64,000 bases of DNA. Origin: Eubacteriales bacterium. GTDB taxonomy: Bacteria; Bacillota; Clostridia; Oscillospirales; CAG-272. The notes beneath the pieces are model-generated. The model saw nothing but the letters and a program-made list of their open reading frames with translations. It searched no databases and was not told where the DNA came from. The DNA lies in NCBI GenBank assembly GCA_045587445.1, contig JAZNCH010000036.1:41490-105489 (forward strand). The letters run 5' to 3'. Position 1 is the first letter of the stretch. The number at the start of each line of letters is the position of its first letter. A program made the position numbers and the translations under genes. Shown here piece by piece: positions 42,695-51,399 of this stretch.

Positions 42695-44434
42695 ATGAAA
42701 CAGCTAATGTTGGGGAATGAGGCTGTTGCAAGAGGTTTGTTTGAGGCAGGATGTTCGTTCGTTTCAAGCTATCCCGGCACTCCCAGTACGGAAATAACCG
42801 AATGCGCGGCGAAATATGCTGAGATTTATGCAGAATGGGCACCTAATGAAAAGGTAGCTATGGAGACTGCGTTTGGCGCGGCTTTGGCAGGAAAGAGAAG
42901 CTTTTGCGGTATGAAGCACGTTGGACTTAACGTTGCGGCAGACCCATTATTCACTATATCGTATACAGGTATTAATGCAGGAATGGTTATCGGCGTGGCT
43001 GATGACCCCGGTATGCACAGCTCACAGAACGAACAGGATTCAAGACATTACGCAAAGGCGGCAAAACTGCCTATGCTTGAGCCCTCTAACTCAAAAGAAG
43101 CACTTGAGTTTGCAAAGGCGGCTTATGAAATATCCGAAGGCTTTGATACCCCTGTACTTTTGAAGATGTGCACACGTGTTGCTCATTCGCAGAGTATTGT
43201 TGAAACATCTGACCGTGTTGAAAAGGAACAGGTTGAATACGTTAAAAATCCGTCAAAATACATAATGATGCCCGGATTTGCAAAGAAAAGACACCCCATT
43301 GTTGAAGAAAGAATGGCAAAATTAGCTGAATATGCTGAAACTTCTACACTCAACAAGTGGGAAAAGGGAACCGATAATAAGATAGGTATTATTACCGCCG
43401 GAACTTGTTATCAGTACGTAAAGGAAGTTTGCGGAAACGACGTAAGTATTTTGAAGCTCGGTATGGTTTGGCCCATTTCCGAGAAGATGATAAAAGACTT
43501 TGCATCTTCCGTTGAAAAAGTGATAGTAGTAGAAGAGCTTGACGGTTTTATCGAAGAATTTTGCAATGCACTCGGTATTGTAACCGATGGCAAGAACTTG
43601 TTCTCGAACATTGATGAATTGTCTCAGAACAAGGTTGCAAAGGGACTTGGTATAGAATATACCGAGGGAGAGGCTGTAGATGCCGTTATTCCCAACCGTC
43701 CCCCCGTTATGTGTGCAGGTTGTCCTCACAGAGGGCTTTACTACGTTTTGTCAAAATTGAAGCTTAACGTTATCGGTGATATAGGCTGTTATACACTCGG
43801 TGCAGTTGCTCCGCTTAACGCAGTAGACAGCGTAATTTGTATGGGTGCTTCTATATCTGGAGCACACGGATTTAACAAGGCGAATGACGGTAAGAGCGAT
43901 AATAAGACCGTTGCAGTAATAGGCGACTCGACGTTTATGCATTCGGGAATGACGGGACTTGTTAATATTTCATATAACAATTCCAACAGTACCGTTATTA
44001 TCCTTGACAACTCAATTACGGGAATGACAGGACATCAGCATAATCCCACCACAGGATTTAACCTAAAGGGAGACCCTGCGGCAAAGGTTGACCTTGAAGC
44101 TTTGTGCCGTGCTATCGGTATTAATTCTGTAAGAGTTGTAGATCCATATAATATTGCCGAATGTGAAACAGTTATTAAAGAAGAATTGGCAAAAGAAGAG
44201 CCCTCTGTTATTATATCGAGACGTCCCTGCGCACTTCTTAAATACGTAAAACATAATTCTCCCGTAACCGTTTCGGCAGACAAGTGTAAGAGCTGTAAGA
44301 TGTGTATGAAGATAGGCTGTCCCGCGATAAGTATGGTTGACGGCAAGGCAGTAATAGATGCAACACTTTGTACGGGTTGCGGAGTATGCACACAGCTTTG
44401 CAAATTCGGAGCAATGCAGGAGGCAGAAAAATGA
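42695..44434 (+). CDS. iorA: indolepyruvate (arylpyruvate) ferredoxin oxidoreductase, alpha subunit
   Basis: MLGNEAVARG..EAG....SYPGTPSTEI N-terminus, TPP-binding GDSTF.HSG, and C-terminal 2x[4Fe-4S] motifs (CKSCKMC..GCP, CTGCGVC). Confidence 0.88.
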   Translation: MKQLMLGNEAVARGLFEAGCSFVSSYPGTPSTEITECAAKYAEIYAEWAPNEKVAMETAFGAALAGKRSFCGMKHVGLNVAADPLFTISYTGINAGMVIGVADDPGMHSSQNEQDSRHYAKAAKLPMLEPSNSKEALEFAKAAYEISEGFDTPVLLKMCTRVAHSQSIVETSDRVEKEQVEYVKNPSKYIMMPGFAKKRHPIVEERMAKLAEYAETSTLNKWEKGTDNKIGIITAGTCYQYVKEVCGNDVSILKLGMVWPISEKMIKDFASSVEKVIVVEELDGFIEEFCNALGIVTDGKNLFSNIDELSQNKVAKGLGIEYTEGEAVDAVIPNRPPVMCAGCPHRGLYYVLSKLKLNVIGDIGCYTLGAVAPLNAVDSVICMGASISGAHGFNKANDGKSDNKTVAVIGDSTFMHSGMTGLVNISYNNSNSTVIILDNSITGMTGHQHNPTTGFNLKGDPAAKVDLEALCRAIGINSVRVVDPYNIAECETVIKEELAKEEPSVIISRRPCALLKYVKHNSPVTVSADKCKSCKMCMKIGCPAISMVDGKAVIDATLCTGCGVCTQLCKFGAMQEAEK

Positions 44435-45009
44435 GCAACAATACGAAAAATATAATGATTGTCGGTGTAGGCGGTCAAGGGTCGCTTCTTGCAAGTAAGC
44501 TGCTCGGAAGATTGCTTCTTACCAAAGGATATGACGTAAAGGTTTCAGAGGTTCACGGCATGAGCCAGAGAGGCGGTTCTGTTGTAACGTACGTTCGTTT
44601 CGGAGACGAAGTATATTCACCGGTTATTGACGAAGGTGAAGCGGATTTTGTAGTATCATTTGAACTTCTTGAAGCGGCAAGATGGACGAAGTTCTTGAGA
44701 GAAAACGGAAAGATTATAACCAATACCCAGCAGATTAATCCTATGCCGGTTGTTACGGGAGCGGCAGAATATCCTGCGGAGCTTGTTGTAAAAATGAAGG
44801 CTGACGGATTTAATGTTGACGCGATAAACGCACTTGAACTTGCAGAGACGGCAGGTTCATCAAAGGCCGTTAACCTCGTGCTTATGGGCAGACTTTCAAA
44901 GTATTTTGACTTTACCGAAGAAGAATGGATGAAGGCAATCGAGGAAAGCGTTCCTCAAAAATTCTTGGAAATGAACAAAAAGGCATTTGCACTGGGAGCA
45001 AATGCGTAA
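44431..45009 (+). CDS. iorB: indolepyruvate ferredoxin oxidoreductase, beta subunit
   Basis: The ATG overlaps the iorA stop (ATGA). IVGVGGQGSLLASK..G.......EVHGMSQRGGSV signature. Confidence 0.85.
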   Translation: MSNNTKNIMIVGVGGQGSLLASKLLGRLLLTKGYDVKVSEVHGMSQRGGSVVTYVRFGDEVYSPVIDEGEADFVVSFELLEAARWTKFLRENGKIITNTQQINPMPVVTGAAEYPAELVVKMKADGFNVDAINALELAETAGSSKAVNLVLMGRLSKYFDFTEEEWMKAIEESVPQKFLEMNKKAFALGANA

Positions 45010-45027
45010 AAAAGGGGTTTTGTATAA

Positions 45028-46335
45028 ATGGAAAAATACTATCAGCCGGAGATAGAAACAGCTACTCGGGAAGAAATGAAAGCGCTTCAAAGTGAGCGTC
45101 TTATAAACACAGTAAAAAGAGTGTATGAAAAGGTTCCCCATTACCGTAAGAAGATGGAGGAGATGGGTGTTACTCCTGATGACATTAATAGTGTATACGA
45201 CCTCTGTAAGCTTCCGTTTAACTATAAGCAAGATTTGCGCGATACATACCCTTACGGAATGTTTGCAGTACCGATGAAGGACGTAGTAAGACTTCACGCG
45301 TCAAGCGGTACGACAGGAAAGCAGATAGTTGTTGGCTATACGCAGAACGATATGGACTTGTGGGCTGACTGTTGTGCCAGAGCGTTTACGGCGGCAGGCT
45401 GTACTGATGAAGACTTAGTTCACGTTTCATACGGTTATGGATTGTTCACCGGCGGACTTGGCGCTGACGGGGGCGCGAGAAGAATAGGCGCGACGGCAAT
45501 ACCCGTATCAAGCGGAAATACCCAGAGACAGATAACTATTTTAAAAGATTTCGGTTCGACTATACTGTGCTGTACTCCCTCTTATGCATTGCATATAGCA
45601 GAGACACTTCACGATATGGGTTATACGAAGGACGATATAAAGTTAAAGGCGGGAATATTCGGAGCTGAACCTTGGACAAACGAGATGCGTCATCAGATTG
45701 AGGAAATGCTCGGACTTAAGGCTTTTGATATATACGGCTTGACTGAGATAATCGGTCCGGGTGTCGGCTTTGAATGTGAAGAACAGACGGGGATGCATAT
45801 AAACGAAGACCACTTTATCGTTGAGGTAATTGACCCCGATACAGGTGAAGTACTTCCCGAGGGGACACAGGGCGAGCTTGTATTCTCTTGCATAACTAAA
45901 GAAGCATTTCCGATACTCAGATACAGAACGAGAGATATAGGGGTTATTACAAGAGAGAAATGCTCTTGCGGCAGAACGCTTGTGAAAATGACAAAGCCGA
46001 GAGGCAGAAGCGACGATATGCTTATTATCAGAGGTGTTAACGTATTTCCATCGCAGATTGAGACCGTTCTTATTGAAAAGGGATATACTGCAAACTATCA
46101 GATTGTTGTTGACAGAGAAAACAACTTTGACAGCATTGAAGTGCGCGTAGAGCTTTCACCCGAAAACTTCCGCGATACAGTTAAGGGACTTGATAAGCAG
46201 GCAAAAGAGCTTGCAGAGGGACTTAAGGTTATTCTCGGTATTAACGCTAAGGTAATATTGATGGAGCCTAACTCACTTCCTCGTTCCGAAGGCAAGGCCG
46301 TTAGAGTAATTGACAAGCGTAAGCTTTTAGACTAA
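45028..46335 (+). CDS. paaK: phenylacetate-CoA ligase family protein
   Basis: [28 protein letters not shown] and [19 protein letters not shown] blocks typical of PaaK. Confidence 0.85.
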   Translation: MEKYYQPEIETATREEMKALQSERLINTVKRVYEKVPHYRKKMEEMGVTPDDINSVYDLCKLPFNYKQDLRDTYPYGMFAVPMKDVVRLHASSGTTGKQIVVGYTQNDMDLWADCCARAFTAAGCTDEDLVHVSYGYGLFTGGLGADGGARRIGATAIPVSSGNTQRQITILKDFGSTILCCTPSYALHIAETLHDMGYTKDDIKLKAGIFGAEPWTNEMRHQIEEMLGLKAFDIYGLTEIIGPGVGFECEEQTGMHINEDHFIVEVIDPDTGEVLPEGTQGELVFSCITKEAFPILRYRTRDIGVITREKCSCGRTLVKMTKPRGRSDDMLIIRGVNVFPSQIETVLIEKGYTANYQIVVDRENNFDSIEVRVELSPENFRDTVKGLDKQAKELAEGLKVILGINAKVILMEPNSLPRSEGKAVRVIDKRKLLD

Positions 46336-46356
46336 AATATAGGGGTGTTAAGTAAA

Positions 46357-46785
46357 ATGGTAAAACAGTTATCGGTATTTATTCAAAATAAATCGGGTAA
46401 AATAGCATCCGTTACAAGAACTCTTTATGAGAATGGAATTGACATTCGCGCTCTTTCTATTGCGGATACGGCAGATTTCGGAATATTACGTATGCTTGTA
46501 AGCGATGTTGAAAAAGCGAGATTGGCTTTGGCAAAAGAAAACTGTATCGTAAGCGTGAACGAAGTTGATGTTGTGTTAGTTCCCGACAGACCCGGCGGTC
46601 TGGCAGAGGTTTTGCAGAAGATGTCAGACGCGCATATAGATATTGAATATATGTATTCTCTTATAGACAGAGGAACAGAAGATGCATATATGGTATTCCG
46701 TTTTGCTGACGATGCCAATGTGCTTGACGTTCTTGAAGCGAACGGATTAAAGACCGTTCCCGGAGCAAAACTCGGACTTAACTGA
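46357..46785 (+). CDS. ACT domain-containing protein
   Basis: Two ACT-like halves (LSVFIQNKSGKIA..., VVLVPDRPGGLAEV...). The position after paaK is a recurrent arrangement. ATG 46357 preferred over GTG 46345. Confidence 0.7.
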   Translation: MVKQLSVFIQNKSGKIASVTRTLYENGIDIRALSIADTADFGILRMLVSDVEKARLALAKENCIVSVNEVDVVLVPDRPGGLAEVLQKMSDAHIDIEYMYSLIDRGTEDAYMVFRFADDANVLDVLEANGLKTVPGAKLGLN

Positions 46786-46807
46786 TTATAAATTGAGGTG
46801 AAATAAA

Positions 46808-47974
46808 ATGCAGGAATTAAGCAGAAAAACAAAACATTTTACAGATTCTGTTATACGCCGTATGACAAGAATCGCTATAGCGAATAACGCGATTAACTTG
46901 GCGCAGGGGTTCCCCGATTTTGATCCGCCCAAAGTTTTGACAGACAGACTTGAGGAGATTAGTCAACTCGGTCCTCACCAGTATCCTATTACTATGGGCG
47001 CACCAAACTTTAGACGTGCTTTAGCTGAAAAGTGCGGAAGATTTATGGGTAGAAAGATTGACCCCGAAACAGAGGTAGTTGTTACTATAGGTTCGACGGA
47101 AGCGATGGTAGATACTTTGTTTGCCATTACTAACCCCGGCGACAAAATAATTATGTTCTCACCTTATTTCGAGAATTATCGTGCGCAGACTCTTCTGGTT
47201 GACTGCGAGCCCATATTCGTACCCCTTATTCCCCCTGCATTCAACTACGATGCAAATGTACTCGAAGATGCTTTTAAGCAGGGTGCAAAGGCAATTCTTA
47301 TTTGTAACCCTTCAAACCCCAGCGGTAAGGTTTTTACAGAGGCTGAACTTAAGCAGATAGCAGACCTTGCTATTAAATATGATACTTACGTTATTATGGA
47401 TGAAGTTTATGAGCATATCGTATACGAGGGTCATAAGCACATCTATATGAACAGTCTTCCGGGAATGTGGGAGAGAACAATTTCTTGTAGTAGCTTGTCA
47501 AAGACCTATTCGATAACAGGCTGGAGACTTGGTTATGCTATAGCTCCTCAGCATATTATGGAAAGAATTAAGCAATACCATGACTTTAATACCGTTGGTG
47601 CGCCTTCTCCTCTTATGGAAGCGGCAGTTGTCGGACTTGAGCTTCCCGACAGCTACTATGACGAATTCGGTCAGCACTATGCTCATATGAAGAAGATATT
47701 TACCGAAGGTCTTGACAGACTCGGTATTGAATATTCCGACCCGCAGGGAACGTATTTCGTATTGGCGAATATCGGTCAATTTATGAAGAAGGGACAGAAC
47801 GACGTGGAATTCTGTGAACAGATGGCTGCCAAGGTAGGCGTTGCCGCAGTACCCGGAACTTCATTCTTTATGGAAGACGTAAGAGATATTGTAAGACTTC
47901 ACTATGCGAAGAAAGACGAGACGCTTTACGAAGCACTCGAAAGACTTGCTACAATCAAACAGAAATTAGGTTGA
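46808..47974 (+). CDS. class I/II PLP-dependent aminotransferase (YbdL / kynurenine-aminotransferase-like)
   Basis: INLAQGFPDF start motif, NPSNPSGK, and SLSKTYSITGWRLGY (PLP lysine). Confidence 0.85.
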   Translation: MQELSRKTKHFTDSVIRRMTRIAIANNAINLAQGFPDFDPPKVLTDRLEEISQLGPHQYPITMGAPNFRRALAEKCGRFMGRKIDPETEVVVTIGSTEAMVDTLFAITNPGDKIIMFSPYFENYRAQTLLVDCEPIFVPLIPPAFNYDANVLEDAFKQGAKAILICNPSNPSGKVFTEAELKQIADLAIKYDTYVIMDEVYEHIVYEGHKHIYMNSLPGMWERTISCSSLSKTYSITGWRLGYAIAPQHIMERIKQYHDFNTVGAPSPLMEAAVVGLELPDSYYDEFGQHYAHMKKIFTEGLDRLGIEYSDPQGTYFVLANIGQFMKKGQNDVEFCEQMAAKVGVAAVPGTSFFMEDVRDIVRLHYAKKDETLYEALERLATIKQKLG

Positions 47975-48031
47975 TTTTTTTCAAAAGAACTTTTTGAAAA
48001 AAGCTCTCTTGACTCTCAAAAACTTTAACTA
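47975..48031 (+). repeat. dispersed 3'-region repeat, copy B
   Basis: TTTTTTTCAAAAGAA-CTTTTTGAAAAAAG-CTCTCTTGACTCT-CAAAAACTTTAACTA, directly after the aminotransferase stop. The first part forms a 12-bp A/T palindrome. Confidence 0.7.
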
Positions 48032-48065
48032 AAAACGGCAGAGGTATTGTTCCTCTGCCGTTTTT
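48031..48065 (+). terminator. terminator of the ior-paaK-aminotransferase operon
   Basis: CGGCAGAGG/CCTCTGCCG stem flanked by A5 and T5. Confidence 0.8.
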
Positions 48066-48150
48066 GTAACAAAAATGATTACTTGTTTTAAAATACAATT
48101 TGTGCTATAATGATAGAAAGTGTTACAAAAGTATACAGTGGAGCGTTTGT

Positions 48151-49854
48151 ATGAGTAATTTTGCCGAAATTTATACCGAAGAGGGATTGAATATGCCCGA
48201 TATTCCTTGGAATATTTACCCGAGACCGCTTATGAAAAGGGATTCGTTTTATTGTTTGAACGGAGAATGGGATTTTTGTGTGTGCAAGGGTGATGAATAT
48301 ACCGAAAATGAAAAAATAACCGTTCCTTTTGCCCCCGAAACTTTGCTGTCGGGAGTGGGAATAAATTTAGACGAGGACTGTTATGATTCTTTTGTTTATA
48401 AGAAGCAATTTGTTTTACCCGAAGGGTTTAACGAAGGGAAGGTTTTGCTTCATTTTGGAGCAGTGTCGAATTATTCCGAAATAATACTGAACGGAAAAAC
48501 AGTTGGTATACACAGAGGCGCATACGATTCGTTTTTCTTTGATATAACAGACTACTTAAAGAGTGATAACACGCTTGAAGTATATGTGAAGAACATACTT
48601 CGAGACAATCTTTTGCCATACGGAAAGCAGAGCCGAAAACGCGGCGGTATGTGGTATACGCCAACCTCGGGAATTTGGCAGACGGTATGGCTTGAAAGCG
48701 TACCTGCCGAATATATAAAGAGTATTAAAACGGAAACGAAAGATAACAAAGTAATAATAAAGGCTGACGGCACAGAAAATGCAAAAGTTAAGCTGACTAC
48801 AGAAAATGGCATATCCGTGTTTGATATGTGTAACGGCGTATGCGAGATAGAGATAGACGAGCCGAGATATTGGTCGCCCGAATCCCCTTATTTATATTAT
48901 TTTTCTGTTGAGACAGAGTGTGATAAGGTTGAGTCATATTTTGCATTTAGAACTTTGGAAATAAAGAATATAGACGGATACGAAAGACTTTGCTTGAACG
49001 GTAAACCCTACTTTTTTCATGGACTGCTTGACCAAGGATATTGGAGTGACGGAGGTCTGACACCGCCGTTGCCTACGTCTTATGAAAAAGATATAATGGC
49101 TATGAAATTGTTAGGCTTCAATATGCTGAGAAAGCATATAAAGATAGAGCCTCCACAGTTCTATTATGATTGCGATAGGCTCGGTATGGTTGTTTTTCAG
49201 GATATGATAAACAACGGCGACTATAACTTTTTGAGAGATACCGCATTGCCAACGATTGGGGTAAAAAGACTTAACGATAAATATATGCACAAAGATGAAG
49301 CACCGCGAGAGATTTTTGCCGAATATATGGAAAACACGGTTGAAGTGCTGAAAGGCTACCCCTCTATTTGTTGTTGGACTATATTTAACGAAGGCTGGGG
49401 ACAGTTTTGCGGTACGGAAATGTATAAAAAGCTTAAAGAGATTGATAGTACGAGGTTTATAGATACTGCGTCGGGCTGGTTTAAGGGCGTTGAATCCGAC
49501 GTTGATTCGGAGCACGTATATTTCCGTAAAGTTAAGCTGAAAGCAGGGAAAAAACCTCTTGTGCTTTCGGAGTTTGGCGGATATTCATATAGGGTGGAGG
49601 GGCATATTTTTAATCCCGATAACGAATATGGTTACGGTAAATATAAAACGCGCGAGGATTTTGTAAAAGCGTTTTGCAATTTGTACGAGAAAGAGATAAT
49701 GCCCCTTGTAAAGCAAGGACTTTGCGCATCGGTGTATACGCAGGTATCCGACGTAGAGGACGAGACTAATGGACTGTTTACCTATGACCGCCGAGTGCTA
49801 AAGGTCAAACCCGAGGAGTTTGCACACATATCGCAGAGGCTGAAGGAGATATAA
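48151..49854 (+). CDS. glycoside hydrolase family 2 protein
   Basis: Sugar-binding, Ig-like and TIM-barrel order with WTIFNEGWG (acid/base Glu) and a later SEFGG block. Start moved to ATG 48151 (GGAG RBS). Confidence 0.75.
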   Translation: MSNFAEIYTEEGLNMPDIPWNIYPRPLMKRDSFYCLNGEWDFCVCKGDEYTENEKITVPFAPETLLSGVGINLDEDCYDSFVYKKQFVLPEGFNEGKVLLHFGAVSNYSEIILNGKTVGIHRGAYDSFFFDITDYLKSDNTLEVYVKNILRDNLLPYGKQSRKRGGMWYTPTSGIWQTVWLESVPAEYIKSIKTETKDNKVIIKADGTENAKVKLTTENGISVFDMCNGVCEIEIDEPRYWSPESPYLYYFSVETECDKVESYFAFRTLEIKNIDGYERLCLNGKPYFFHGLLDQGYWSDGGLTPPLPTSYEKDIMAMKLLGFNMLRKHIKIEPPQFYYDCDRLGMVVFQDMINNGDYNFLRDTALPTIGVKRLNDKYMHKDEAPREIFAEYMENTVEVLKGYPSICCWTIFNEGWGQFCGTEMYKKLKEIDSTRFIDTASGWFKGVESDVDSEHVYFRKVKLKAGKKPLVLSEFGGYSYRVEGHIFNPDNEYGYGKYKTREDFVKAFCNLYEKEIMPLVKQGLCASVYTQVSDVEDETNGLFTYDRRVLKVKPEEFAHISQRLKEI

Positions 49855-49857
49855 AAA

Positions 49858-49889
49858 ACACGCTGTAAGATTTTTAGCTTACAGCGTGT
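49858..49889. terminator. hairpin between the convergent GH2 and spoVAF-like genes
   Basis: 12-bp perfect stem ACACGCTGTAAG/CTTACAGCGTGT. Strong T-run on the minus strand, weak on the plus strand. Confidence 0.7.
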
Positions 49890-49896
49890 TTGCGTA

Positions 49897-51300
49897 TTAT
49901 CTTAATTTCACCCTAAAGAACAGTCTTTTGAGAGCTTTTGCATTAAATGGAATAAGAGGATAGAGGTAAGAGCGTTTTCCGTTAACCGTCTTGTTCGAAG
50001 CAATTAGAACCAAAGAGAGAACAATTCCCACGAAAAAGCCGATTATATTGAAGAAGGCGGTCAAGATAAGCAAAAGAACGCGCAGGAATTTAAAGGCATA
50101 TCCAAGCTCGTTACTTGGTTGCGCAAAGTTTGCAAGTGAAACAAAAGCCATATACAGTATAACTTCGGGAATAAACCAACCGCTTTGTACCGCGTATTCA
50201 CCGAGAATAAGACCGCCGATAACGCTGAGCGAATTATTGAGTGCATTCGGCGTATTGAGCGAGGCAAGTTTAAGTCCGTCTATAGCAAGTTCAAGTATAA
50301 ATAGCTGAATAATTATGGGAAGTCCACCTGTATATGATACTTTTATAAATTCAAGCCAATTGGGCAAAAACTGAGGATTACTGATAAGCAGATACCAAAG
50401 AGGTGTGAGAATAACAGTAAGCCCAAAGATAAAAACACGTAATAAACGCATATAGGTTCCCACTAACGGGGGGTGATAATAATCACCCGTTTCTTGCATA
50501 AAATCAAAGATTGAAGTAGGGAGAATCATAGCCTCGGGGGAATTGTCGCAAAGAATGATGACACTGCCTTCAAGCAGCATAGCCGTTGCGGCGTCGGGGC
50601 GTTCGGTATATCTTATTTTGGGAAAAGGATTATACCATTTTCGTGTAATAAGACATTCAGCCAAGCTTTCATGGCCCATAGAAAGTCCGTAGACTTTAAT
50701 GTTATTTAGTTTGTCCGTTATATATTTGACAAAATTTTTGTCGGCTTTATCTTCCATATAGACTACAGCGATGTCAGTCTTTGTGTTTTCTCCTATAGAA
50801 AAATGTGAAAAAGTCAGTGCGGGATTTCTTATTCTGCGGCGTATTATAGCGGTATTTTTTAAAATAGCTTCAACAAAGCCGTCTCTTGAGCCTCTTATAA
50901 CTCTCTCGTTTTCGGGTTCATCTACTTCTCTTGCAGGAAACATACGTGCATTGATGTGAATACCTGCACCTACACCGTCAACGAGCAAAACCGTTTCGCC
51001 GTTGAGTACCGCTTCAACTAATTTTTGCATATCTGTAGTTTGCATAACTTCAATATATGGAATATTTGCATTAATAAAATCGGCGGGCGACGTATTATCG
51101 GGAATAGCGTAGGTGCGGTTTTCCATAAAGAATTCGACGAGTCTTTCGAGTAAGTCGCTTCTGACACAACCGTCGATGAAATACATACAAGCTTTTTTGT
51201 TGTAAAGAGTGAGTTCTCGCTTTTTTATATCAAAGCTGTCGTCTACCCTTAGCGTTTTATCAAACTGTGTTACAAAATCCTTAAAATTAATATTTGACAT
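49897..51300 (-). CDS. spoVAF: GerA-family spore germination protein (SpoVAF / GerAA-like), stand-alone
   Basis: Soluble N-terminal domain (VIRGSRDGF...) plus about 5 C-terminal TM helices, typical of GerA-family A subunits. Start moved to ATG 51300. Confidence 0.75.
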   Translation of the reverse strand: MSNINFKDFVTQFDKTLRVDDSFDIKKRELTLYNKKACMYFIDGCVRSDLLERLVEFFMENRTYAIPDNTSPADFINANIPYIEVMQTTDMQKLVEAVLNGETVLLVDGVGAGIHINARMFPAREVDEPENERVIRGSRDGFVEAILKNTAIIRRRIRNPALTFSHFSIGENTKTDIAVVYMEDKADKNFVKYITDKLNNIKVYGLSMGHESLAECLITRKWYNPFPKIRYTERPDAATAMLLEGSVIILCDNSPEAMILPTSIFDFMQETGDYYHPPLVGTYMRLLRVFIFGLTVILTPLWYLLISNPQFLPNWLEFIKVSYTGGLPIIIQLFILELAIDGLKLASLNTPNALNNSLSVIGGLILGEYAVQSGWFIPEVILYMAFVSLANFAQPSNELGYAFKFLRVLLLILTAFFNIIGFFVGIVLSLVLIASNKTVNGKRSYLYPLIPFNAKALKRLFFRVKLR

Positions 51301-51368
51301 AAAAAAACTCCGTACTGTTGAAAATAATGATAATATAATTATTTCCAAAAATACGGAAAGTATAACAT

Positions 51369-51399
51369 TAGAGTTCACGGGCGAAGCCCGTGAACTCTA
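51369..51399. repeat. member of the GGGCGAAGCCC hairpin family
   Basis: 14-bp perfect stem TAGAGTTCACGGGC/GCCCGTGAACTCTA with loop GAA. Overlaps the stop codon of the CNNM gene. Confidence 0.65.
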
